DNA of 51,888 nt from Octopus bimaculoides (GCF_001194135.2 NC_068991.1:53338459-53390346), one strand, 5' to 3'. Counted from the first letter of the stretch, positions 1 to 9,799 are shown. The notes: generated by a model not told the origin, from the sequence alone. Numbers and translations are program-made.

Positions 1-42
<42 letters not shown>
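1..42. repeat. (AT)n microsatellite; one of dozens of (AT)n, (CA)n, (CT)n and (GAT)n tracts
   Basis: Other examples: 1306-1345, 1800-1890, 12290-12470, 14140-14180, 15420-15660, 15990-16080, 17700-17730, 17930-17966, 22408-22452, 26060-26136, 29615-29800, 38460-38780. Confidence 0.97.
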
Positions 43-46
<4 letters not shown>

Positions 47-94
47 TCTTTTACTTGTTTCAGTGTGCGTGTATGTGTGTGTCTCTCTCTCTCT

Positions 95-310
95 CTCTCT
101 CTTTGTGTCTGTCCCCCACCACTGCTTGACAACCAGTGTTGGTGTGTTTACACACTCGTAACTTAAGAGTTTGGCAAAAGAGACCAAAAGAACAAGTACC
201 AAGGTTAAAAAAAGCAAAAGTACTGAGGTTGATTCATCCGATTAAAAATTCTTCAAGTTAGTGCTCCAGTGTGGCCTTAATCTAATGAGTGAAACTAGTA
301 AAAGAAAGAA
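95..310 (+). mobile_element. 3' half of tRNA/CORE-type SINE family A (OR2-like)
   Basis: cttgacaacc...ggtgtgtttac...gtaactta...ggcaaaagagacc...gtgctccag...gaaactagtaaaaga matches the 3' half of the copies at 761-1116 and 3890-4280. Confidence 0.75.
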
Positions 311-319
311 GATATAAAA

Positions 320-745
320 TGAGTATGGTTAAGAAGTTTGCACGGTTTCCGGTTCATTCCATGCATGAGGCATCTTGAGCAAATATCTTTTCTGATTGAC
401 AAAAGCCTTGTGAGGGGATTTGGTATACAGGAACTAAAAGTTAAGGATTTCTTTCAGCTATGTGCAAAGCGTTAATAAATATTACCGAGTACCCCTAAAC
501 CATACGCAGAGGTTGGATACTCATGCAGGGTTAATGAATACCCAGTGAGCGGCAGCGTTGCCGGCAAAAACGGCAACGTTGCCAACAACACACCCGCAAC
601 AGCAACTGCGACGGCCGCGGCGGCAGTTACGCCGGTAGTGCGTCAAGAAGCAGCGGCAGCTATGGTGGCAATAACAACAGCACCATCATATGTGTGTGCG
701 TGGTTTCTTTCTTTTGACATTGTGTGATCGTTGTAAATAAATGTC
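320..745 (+). mobile_element. 5' half of SINE family A, interrupted by a 248-bp insertion (438-685)
   Basis: Degenerate head ggttaagaagtttgc...ggttcattcc...gcatcttgagcaaatatct...aaagccttgtgaggggatttggta; resumes as tcatatgtgtg after 685. Confidence 0.7.
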
Positions 746-760
746 ATGCATTTACCATAT

Positions 761-1116
761 TACTCTTACTCTTTTACTTGTTTCAGTCATTTTGACTGTG
801 GCCATGCTGGAGCACCGCCTTTAGTCGAGCAAATCGACCCCAGGACTTATTCTTTGTAAGCCTAGTACTTGGTCTCTTTTGCTGAACCACTAAGTTACGG
901 GGACGTAAATACACCAGCATCAGTTGTCAAGCGATGTTGGGGGGACAAACACAGACACACAACATATATATATATATATATATATCTACCAAATCCACTC
1001 ACAAGGCTTTGGTCGGCCCGAAGCTGTAGTAGAAGACACTTGCCCAAGGTGCCACGCAGTGGGACTAAACCCGGAACCATGTGGTTGGTAAGCAAGGAAC
1101 TTACCACAGAGCCACG
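761..1116 (-). mobile_element. Near full-length young SINE family A copy (tRNA head, CORE-like domain, (AAGAGT)n tail)
   Basis: Reverse strand reads gtggctctgtggtaag (A-box-like)...ccgggtttagtccc (B-box-like)...gtggcaccttgggcaagtgtcttctact (CORE-like)...aagtaaaagagtaagagta. Assignment to the octopus OR2 family is from recall, not a search. Confidence 0.85.
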
Positions 1117-1307
1117 AGAGATATGCAGTAACAGTACCGAACAATAAAGTTTATTTCCCAACAGAATGTGGCAGTCCTCCACGGGACGATGTTACTAATG
1201 TTTAGCCCCGGAAAAACATCTTTGCCAGCTGGCTATCGACACACAGTTTGTGTCCGTATAGGTATGTACATATATGTATGGATATATGCATATATTTATA
1301 TATTATT

Positions 1308-1349
<42 letters not shown>

Positions 1350-1847
1350 TCTTTCTTATAGCAGATGATCCTCTTCATATCTGCAGAATTTTCTCCAATA
1401 TTGTAGATATCACAAAGAATGTTGGAATGTTGGCTCTTGTATGTTNNNNNNNNNNNNNNNNNNNNNNNNNNNNNNNNNNNNNNNNNNNNNNNNNNNNNNN
1501 NNNNNNNNNNNNNNNNNNNNNNNNNNNNNNNNNNNNNNNNNNNNNNNNNNNNNNNNNNNNNNNNNNNNNNNNNNNNNNNNNNNNNNNNNNNNNNNNNNNN
1601 NNNNNNNNNNNNNNNNNNNNNNNNNNNNNNNNNNNNNNNNNNNNNNNNNNNNNNNNNNNNNNNNNNNNNNNNNNNNNNNNNNNNNNNNNNNNNNNNNNNN
1701 NNNNNNNNNNNNNNNNNNNNNNNNNNNNNNNNNNNNNNNNNNNNNNNNNNNNNNNNNNNNNNNNNNNNNNNNNNNAACCATTCAACAGTTTATACTGGGT
1801 TACACGCACGCACACACACACACACACACACACACGCACGCACAAAT

Positions 1848-1893
<46 letters not shown>

Positions 1894-2069
1894 CAACTAG
1901 TCATCGCAGAAAACAAGTCATAAGTAGGTAGGAGGGTAGGTACATAATTTGAGACCGCCAGTAACAAGTATCAATAAATAGTGAGATTTTGAAATCATTT
2001 AATCCGTACGTTTCAGGTTTGCGTAATATATGACAGGAGGTGTATCCATTACGTAAGCCATATTTTTGA

Positions 2070-3600
2070 AATGCTTTAAGATTACAATTGAGACCGACCT
2101 TACCATTGTTAACTTTTTAGACGTTACAGTAAACCTGGGTACCGGTTCATATTGGCCCCGCCGCAAACTAAAACGGAAGGCTGTCGTACTTTAACGCAGC
2201 CCCCTGCCATCTACGTATTCAATAACCTAGTGAAGGGTGTCAATAAGAGAATTTCGAACCTGTATTTCAGTAAAGAAATTTTCGACTCTGCAGATCCTGT
2301 TACAATGAGGCTTTGGCGTCCAATGAATTCAAGGACCGCATCTACTAAATGACGGATCCTAACACCCACAAAAGGAAACGGCACTGTAAAGTCGTTTGGT
2401 TTCTCCCACCCTTCTCACTCAATGTCAAAACTTACATGGGAAGGGTATTTTTTAGATTACAGGACAAACACTTCACAGTCATATAGAATCAGTCATTTCT
2501 TTACTAGACACAAGTTAAGGATTTCTTTCAGCTATGTGCAAAGCGTTAATAAATATTACCGAGTACCCCTAAACCATACGCAGAGGTTGGATACTCATGC
2601 AGGGTTAATGAATACCCAGTGAGCGGCAGCGTTGCCGGCAAAAACGGCAACGTTGCCAACAACACACCCGCAACAGCAACTGCGACGGCCGCGGCGGCAG
2701 TTACGCCGGTAGTGCGTCAAGAAGCAGCGGCAGCTATGGTGGCAATAACAACAGCACCAACAATGTGTCCGGCAGTGGCAACAACTGCGGCACATATATC
2801 GAGTGCATCAATAACAGCAACAATGGCAACGATACAAGCAGCAGAAGCACCGCCACCGGCAACGGATTCGGCATGTGACAACAGCACCGGTAACGATAAC
2901 GATGCAACAACAACAACTGTAATACTACAAGCACTAAGGCAAGGGTTTTCAAACTTTTTGACTTGCGGACCCCTTTATATTTTAGGCCTTACCTTAGGGA
3001 CCCCCTTATAAACGCTTATGAAATTTATACATAAATATTTGCTTAAAATAACATATTTTTACATTTATTTATTTAACAGTATTTAACAAATAGGTTTATT
3101 GTTAATTAAAAGGTTTCGATTAAAAAACATATATAAAATCAAATTGCCCATAAAAAGTATTTGCTGTCCACGGACCCCCTGTCTTGTCCTTGCGAACCCC
3201 CTGTGGTCCGCGGACCACAGTTTGAAAACCCCTGCACTACGGTACAAACAGAGAAATACGCTGGTTCTACAGTGGCCCATTCAAGTATCGTCTTAGCAAC
3301 CACAGGTCCTCCTTGTGTATACCAATGAGGAGCAACAGTTTGTCCCTGGTTAGCAACGTATAACGTTTAAAAAAGGAAGGTACGCCATACATAATTAAAT
3401 GAAGGCTCCAAGAACAACCAGGACCGTCGTGCACCAACGAGAGCAAACGATGTAAGCTTTACTTGGCCGAAAGAGCAAGAATCCTGAAAAACTCATTTGA
3501 CTCGGTGACCTTTTTAAACTTAAGAAAAGGGGTATTTAGCCATTGCCTTCATCGGAGGAAATTCTTATTGAAAACATAGTTTGCCGTCTGGGAAAAAAGT
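2070..3600 (+). mobile_element. Decayed Penelope-like element (RT C-terminus, Cys linker, GIY-YIG endonuclease), Hydra-clade-like
   Basis: Frameshifted fragments: FKITIETDLTIVNFLDVTVNL (~2075-2140); VKGVNKRISNL..SKEIFDSA..YNEALA; KRKRHCKVVWFLPPFSLNVKTYMG (~2370-2440); SCRVNEYPVSG linker (~2595-2627); KYAG..GPFKYRLSNHRSS (~3260-3310); SKRCKLYLAERARIL; FSHCLHRRKFLL (~3535-3575). Confidence 0.8.
2940..3234. mobile_element. hAT (Charlie-like) MITE inserted in the Penelope endonuclease
   Basis: TIRs caagggttttcaaact / agtttgaaaacccctg; 8-bp TSD cactaagg (2932-2939) / cactacgg (3235-3242); perfect 20-bp palindrome ctgtggtccgcggaccacag at 3201-3220. Confidence 0.85.
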
Positions 3601-3889
3601 TGCCGGCATAAATGGAACTGATCGAAGGGGGATAACTCCGCCTCGTCCAAAGTTTTGGACAGTAAAGTTTCATTAGGAAATTTTTTTATCTATAAAATTA
3701 ACTGACCACGACGTTTTCCTCCCTCCAATTGTAGAGTTGNNNNNNNNNNAGGCAAACATAGACACAAAGACATAGATATATACATAAATTAAATATGTAT
3801 ACGACGGTCTCCTTTCCGTTTCCGTTTACCAAATCCAATCACAAGGCTTTGATCGGTGCGCCCGCACACACACACACACACGCACGCGC

Positions 3890-4280
3890 ACGGTTGTGTG
3901 GTAAAAAGCTTACTTCCCTACCACATGATTCCCACTGCGTGACACCTTGGGCAAGAGTCTTCTACTATAGTCTCAGGCCAACCAAAGCTTTGTGAGTGGA
4001 TTTGGTAGACGGAAACTGAAAGCCCGTCGTATATGTATAATATATATGTATGTGTGTTGTTTATCTTTGTGTCTGTGTTTGTCCCCCACCCCGTCACTGC
4101 TTGATTACCGGTTTTGGTATGTTTACGTCCCTGTAAACTAGCGGTTCAGCAAAAAAGACCGATAGAATAAGTACTAGGCTTTAAAAATGTCCTGGGGTCG
4201 ATTTGTTCGACTAAAGCTTTTCAAGGCGGTGCTCTAGCATGGCCGCAGTCAAATGTCTGAAACAAGTAAAAGAATAAAAA
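3890..4280 (+). mobile_element. SINE family A, near full length; an inverted partial copy lies at ~3750-3860
   Basis: ggttgtgtggtaaaaagctt...caccttgggcaagagtcttctact...gatttggtagacggaaactgaaag...gcggtgctctagcatggccgcagtcaaatg..gaaacaagtaaaagaata. Confidence 0.85.
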
Positions 4281-5097
4281 ATAAACATTCAATATTAATG
4301 AATTTTCCAAAATGAATATATAAATAAATAAATGAGATATGTCATCCAACATTTAAAAAATAGATAAATAAATGCAAGGGGGCCGCTATTTGTTCGTGCC
4401 GGTTGCCGTCGAGACTTCAGCAAAATCGGATAACTGCAGCCCGTCCGAGAAATGAGCCCCGGGAGGTTGATGGCCACAGGACTACAGACGATTCTCTCCT
4501 CTCTATATCTCAATTTCATTTTTGATCACTTAAAATTTCGCGAGTCCTCTCCCTTGCATCTTTTTTTTTAATTACCATTAAAAGTTATTTTTAGTTCACC
4601 ACTTTGATTAGATAACCATCATCGAACAGGCATAACCGTAAAGTCAAAGGCATTCTAGATGTGTAGAACCATTTCTCTCTTTCTTTCTCCTTTTTTAATT
4701 TAAATTTTTTTCTTTTGGCAATGGGTTGACTACACTCAGTGTGTCCTGTCTTTATTTATGATTTGAGGTAGTCTTGACTGCTATTTCCTGTTTATTTGTT
4801 ATGGTATAGTAAACGCGTATCGAACCCGGGATTACAGGGATGCTTGATTTCTGTATTATCACAACCATGTATATAAATCAATAAACAACTTAATTTAGAT
4901 TCAGACCTATTTTGTTTTAACACAATTAAAAAAAAAATTATTGATATCTCCATACATGCATATTTATTTGCTATTAACACAGCATGGACGTATTCTAAAA
5001 CAATATATTGAAGTGTATTTTGAAAGCAAATGTAGTCTTGCTGCAGAAAGAAACTGCGTTCGTCGTAGCCTTGTTTAGATAAGAAGCTGTCTAATAA

Positions 5098-5314
5098 GGC
5101 GGTGAGCTGGCAGAATCTTTAGCACGCCGGGAAATTTGGTTAACAGCATTTCGTCCGTCGCTACGTTCTGAGTTCAAACTTCGCCGAGGTCGACTCTGCC
5201 TTTCATCCTTTCGGGGATGATTAAACTAAATACCAGTTGAGCACTGGATTCGGTGTAATTGATTTAGCCCCTCTCCGAAGCTGCTGGCCTAGTGCCAAAA
5301 TGTGAAACCAATAT
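5098..5314 (+). mobile_element. tRNA-derived SINE family B
   Basis: ggcggtgagctggcagaat...gttctgagttcaaa (B-box-like)...gcctttcatcctttcgggg...taccagttgagcactgg...gaaaccaata. Same family at 30721-30938 (+) and 49322-49527 (-). Confidence 0.8.
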
Positions 5315-5334
5315 TTTGGTATGTTTTAATACCT

Positions 5335-5570
5335 CACATCCCTAAGTTTAGTGATGCAGCAATCAAAATCGCAAGATTCCTGAATCAGGCGGTGCGGTGT
5401 GTTTTTGAGCAAAAGATTTCATTTCAGTTTGCTCCAGTCCACTCAGCTGTAAACGAATAATCCTTCGACGGGCTGGCATCCCGTTCAGAAGCAATGTTGT
5501 GTTCTCGGTCACTTATACACCATGGAAATCGTGTAACTGGCCCCAGGAATTCTAGGACTCGCGACAGTAA
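5335..5570 (+). mobile_element. Decayed SINE with CORE-like and Nin-domain-like segments
   Basis: tttgagcaaaagatttcatttcagtttgctccagtccactcagctgtaaa followed by ccttcgacgggctggcatcccgttcag...catggaaatcg, resembling the Nin-domain consensus as I recall it. Confidence 0.45.
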
Positions 5571-6744
5571 TTTCTTCAGCTTTATCCCCTTGATGCTGAT
5601 AAAAGAAACAAACATCCCATAGCGTACACTAGTCTTTATTGAAAATAATAATCTGATATAATTTAGATAATTAAATAATTACATATTTAACACGTATGTA
5701 TATACTACATACATAATACAAAACCACATTAAAATCCAAATTCCAAATCGGAGAAAGCACAAATATGAGCGAAGAAAAAAGGGAAAAGAAGAAAGAAAAA
5801 GAATGAAAAATTGCTTCAATTGGTCGCATACCACAAGATTCAAAGGAGCCTACTGAAGCAAGCCAATACACTCAAGGCATTACTGCAGTGGGTAGAGAGG
5901 CTAAAGTGTTTGAACAGCCACGCCCTCTTACGGGTATCCCCTGATATATCGGTAAGGCGAGCCGCCAAATGTTCGTCGGTGCACTCAAGCGTAAATTATT
6001 TTGTATATTTGTATTAGTTTAAGGATAAAGAAAAATTACTAATATATAAAGTTCCACATGATAATTATGTCGCATCACAGTACTCCGATACAACACTACT
6101 GAATGTTTGATATTTCGCTAAGAAGAAAAGAACTGGGAAAAAAAAATTGGGTACATATATATTCATGTATTTTGTAATTTTCATGCATTAATTTGTAATT
6201 TTGCCTTTGAAAATTTTGCTTTAAACACAAGGGAAATATTTTGTTGTCTTAAGAAAGTCATTACGCCAATAACAATAACACAAAATTTGTTTCGACACAC
6301 GATTTCATTTCAAGAATCTTGCAAACCAAAGAAAGAAAAGAACAAAAACGAAAAGGTCTCAAGGGAAATAATTAAGGATTGCATAACTTTCACTTGTTTC
6401 TAAAAGAAATAAGTTACGTCCCATTATTTCAATTTTTTTTTTTCCGGTGTACATAGTTCAACAACGTACATGTTGAAAAGATTAAGCGTTTGCGCCCGAG
6501 TAAATCTATATTAAAAAAGAAAAAGGAAGAATTGCTTTGAGATTTTTGTCATGGATAAAAAGNNNNNNNNNNNNNNNNNNNNNNNNNNNNNNNNNNNNNN
6601 NNNNNNNNNNNNNNNNNNNNNNNNNNNNNNNNNNNNNNNNNNNNNNNNNNNNNNNNNNNNNNNNNNNNNNNNNNNNNNNNNNNNNNNNNNNNNNNNNNNN
6701 NNNNNNNNNNNNNNNNNNNNNNNNNNNNNNNNNNNNNNNNTTTC

Positions 6745-7275
6745 TTGATATCATTTCTGAAGTTCACATGTTTTTTCTTACAAAAATCACATTATACTTG
6801 TGGTTGGTTTCCTTCTGACTGTTGCTGGGACCCTAATTGTTCTTTTAGGGGCTATGGTCAGTGCTATATTATTGTATACAAATGTAAAGTTACTACCACA
6901 CACTATAAATCCTGTAACATCGCTGTTGCACTTCCAGATGGTAAGGGTCTTCCTATGATGCTGACATGCAGTGTCTGTGAAAGACCCTGCCTCAGTAAAG
7001 CTGGACTCAAGAGTCATCTTCGTAGTCATAAAGTGAGACAGATGATTGACAACCAGGCTACTGGTGGTGGTGCTACACACCATACTAATCATATCTGTCG
7101 GGTATGTAGACGGGAGTGTAATTCGGTGGGAGGACTTAAACGACATTCAAAGGTACATGATGCCCAGTTACAACTACAGCCGGCTATTGCCGGTAAAGGG
7201 TTTAGCTGCCAATTCTGTACAAGACATTGTAGATCTTTAGCTGGGCTAAAAAGTCACATTCGATCACAACACTGA
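6745..7275 (+). CDS. Uninterrupted ORF with three C2H2 zinc fingers; 5' end lost in a gap; host gene exon or LINE C-terminus
   Basis: CSVC-x12-HLRSH (6967-7029), CRVC-x12-HSKVH (7096-7158), CQFC-x12-HIRSQH (7207-7272); long non-TGEKP linkers; stop TGA 7273-7275. Confidence 0.7.
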   Translation: MISFLKFTCFFLQKSHYTCGWFPSDCCWDPNCSFRGYGQCYIIVYKCKVTTTHYKSCNIAVALPDGKGLPMMLTCSVCERPCLSKAGLKSHLRSHKVRQMIDNQATGGGATHHTNHICRVCRRECNSVGGLKRHSKVHDAQLQLQPAIAGKGFSCQFCTRHCRSLAGLKSHIRSQH

Positions 7276-7608
7276 TAACAGTTAAGCCTCGTGGAATAGC
7301 CATACTCGATAACGAGGGGGTAACCATCATGTAGTATGTATGTATGTGTATTTGTGTTTCTATGTCTTGATATTGTGCACTAGGCAAACATCAGTGTCAT
7401 ACAAGCGGTGTTGTTGGCAACATTCAAAACATGCTCGGCCGCTGAACTATTGGTGTCCAAAGGATAAGGGAAAATGTTAACTAGCCCGGAAACAGACGAG
7501 GATCAGTGGCAGAAATAGCATCTGCTCAGAAAATTTGCTTGACTTCTCCCTTGAGGCAATTCTGTAATCTATTACACTCATGAGTCATTTCAAGTGCCCC
7601 ATTAATAA

Positions 7609-8760
7609 TCATCTTTCAGTATCACTGTCCGATCCTACTCTGTCAAGGAAATCACTTTCACTAAGTTCATTATCACAATCTGGGTCAGAATCTGATGCAC
7701 AAGTTTCAGAATATCCACGAACTGACGGGGAATCACTTCACTCTCTGTCCACTTCAGCTTCATGACTCCAGCTTCCATTGTCCAGCCATGTTCTTCGTCT
7801 GGTTTAGGCACTGAAAGCTTTTCAATGTTCGCGAGCTTCCATATCCTGGACTGGAAGTTGCTTCGCCGAACATGTTGCTCGAGGACGTTTCTACATGGGG
7901 GGGGGGGCAGTGAAACAAGATCGAATTGCTTAAATCTTGTGGATTCATCCTTCTCACCTCACTTTGCTCGCAAGATTGTGAACCGCAATGTATTAACCTT
8001 TTTTTGTCCTTTTGTCTGGAATGATTCATATGTTTCAACGACTTTCAGTCTTTTCACTTTCCCCTTCCCTTTCAAGGCACTGGTACTATCGCACCCGGTG
8101 AAGGCATGATAACCTAGCAATGCAGAACAGAGAACAGGCGCGAAAGATATAACCAGCTTGGTCACATCGATACAGCGTCGTGTGTTACCCTTTCCAGTTT
8201 CAAACAGAATTTGAAATCCTTTCAGGAATCTAGCGTCGTGAAATAAGATGAAAAATATGTTTGAATTGGGACTCCTCACGCGAACGGATTTGCATCTCTG
8301 TTCTTTGGCATACATGCGAAACAGGATCACACGAGTGTCAGTTTCTTTCTGTGAAGATTCGAGAGTGCATTTGTTGACAGAATGTGTTACGTCCATCCGA
8401 TGTCAACTGGTAAGCTTTTCCTTCACATACCAGTACCATCTCATGTCCAGTGAGAATGTTGGCAGACACCTCACTCCTCCAAGTTGAGAGCAAAAGTTGA
8501 ATGAACTGTCTTGTTCTCATCATTTGCAAGAAAGACTTTCCAGTCTTTCGGACGCCCTGTTTTCTCACCACTCAGGATGAATTTATCTCTGACACCTCGT
8601 CTGTTTCGTTCCACCCCTTTTACAGAGTCTTCTTCGTACATATCAGTGCTAAATATGACAGGTGACAGGTGAAGAGCAGATCCCAACACCTTACGAGATA
8701 TTTCCCCGAATGTTTGCGAAATCTCAAGCAATAGAACGTTTTTAACCATACCGCCTTATT
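7609..8760 (-). pseudogene. Frameshifted XPG/PIN-like transposase region, Academ(X)-like DNA transposon relic
   Basis: DMYEEDSVKGVERNRRG...PKDWKVFLANDENKT; SSQKETDTRVIL; LLGYHAFTGCDSTSALKGKGK; LPPPPCRNVLEQHVRRSNFQSRIWKLA...PKPDEEHGW; acidic tail ending SDSDTER* (stop 7609-7611). Confidence 0.7.
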
Positions 8761-8769
8761 TGTGCTTCG

Positions 8770-9000
8770 TGAATGTGTGTTAAGGAGTTTTCTTCCCAAC
8801 CACATGGTTCTAGGTTTAGTCCCACTGCGTGGTACCAAGGCAAGAGTCTTTCACAATAGTCTAGGACAGACCAAAGCCTTGTAAGTGGATTTAGTCGATA
8901 GAGACTGAAAGAAGCTTGTTGTGTGTGTTTCTCTCCACCACCTCTTGACAATCGTGCTGGTTTGTTTAATTCCGTAACTTGGTGGTTCGGCAAAAAAGAC
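8770..9000 (+). mobile_element. SINE family A copy abutting the Academ-like relic
   Basis: ttcccaaccacatggttctaggtttagtcccactgcgtggtacc...aaagccttgtaagtggattt...cttgacaatcg...gtaacttggtggttcggcaaaa. Confidence 0.8.
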
Positions 9001-9041
9001 AGTTGAAATCAGTTTCAGGGTTATGAAATGAGGGTTAATTT

Positions 9042-9584
9042 CTAGTTTAGGATCCGGTGACGCCGAACGGAGGGGTGGGGAGAGGATTCGGAAAATTCAT
9101 ACGATCCAATTAAAGGTAAATTTTGATAAGTGTACCCGCGCACGTTTCGCTAAGAAAAAAACCCCCCTCATTTACCTTAAATCGGATCGTGTGAATTTTC
9201 CGAGTCCTCTCCCTCTCCACCCCGTTCATCAGCGCGCATTTTTTTCCTTTTCGTTTACTACACATTATTATACACCTATTACACTTTTTTTTTTCATTTT
9301 TGTGACTGGGTGTTAAAGTTGGGTTATCGGATCGTGTGAATTTTCTAAGTCCTCTCCCCGCACGTTCGTCGGCGCAAATATATATATTTTTCTATATTTG
9401 TTTAGTACACATTATTTTACACCTATTACACTTTTTTTAGTGTGAAAGTTGAGTTACCGTATCATGTGAATTTTCCGAGTCACCCCCACCCGTTCATCAG
9501 CGCGCATTTTTTTTTATATTCGTTTACTACACATTATTTTACACCTATTTTCTTTTTCATTTTTGTGACCGGGTCCTAAACTAG
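9042..9584. repeat. Foldback-type element with 20-bp terminal inverted repeats and three internal tandem units
   Basis: ctagtttaggatccggtgac (9042-9061) vs gtgaccgggtcctaaactag (9565-9584), 18/20 complementary; inner inverted pair ~9077-9121 / ~9170-9213; tandem units of ~125-145 bp starting ~9184, ~9329, ~9458. Confidence 0.8.
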
Positions 9585-9799
9585 TGATAAACCGAAATAA
9601 GCACTGGGGTGAGTTCGTTCGACTAAACCCCCAAGTAAAAGATAAAAGATACTTCAATTAAATTACATAAAGTTCAAAAAATGTATTACTGTAGTAGTGC
9701 AATATGAACATCATCTACCTACCTGTTTTTCACTTGTGAATATTTCTCTAAAATTCTAAAGAAAATAATTCCTTTCAAATGACAATTTTTTTTGGCCCT

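Noticed and set aside
545-727. Ala/Thr-rich 60-aa ORF resembling a mucin or antifreeze peptide
   Set aside because: It is the duplicated low-complexity tract from the Penelope relic; no splice or start support.
761-1116. tRNA gene
   Set aside because: A/B-box-like heads here and at ~10010-10074 and ~22320-22380 lack a full cloverleaf and continue into SINE bodies.
1274-1931. Long ORFs spanning N-gaps (also 6506-6818, 10556-10939, 21379-21711, 22957-23586, 34548-35054, 41670-42815)
   Set aside because: Length comes from untranslatable N runs. Only the RT part of 41654-42811(-) is real.
7489-7501. 13-bp inverted match to 8595-8607 as a possible TIR
   Set aside because: The partner lies inside the coding motif ERNRRG, so it cannot be a terminus; probably chance.
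7762-8109. 115-aa plus-strand ORF
   Set aside because: Antisense shadow of the Academ-like transposase.
9184-9580. CRISPR-like repeat-spacer array
   Set aside because: Eukaryotic context; the apparent spacers are homologous to each other; no cas genes.
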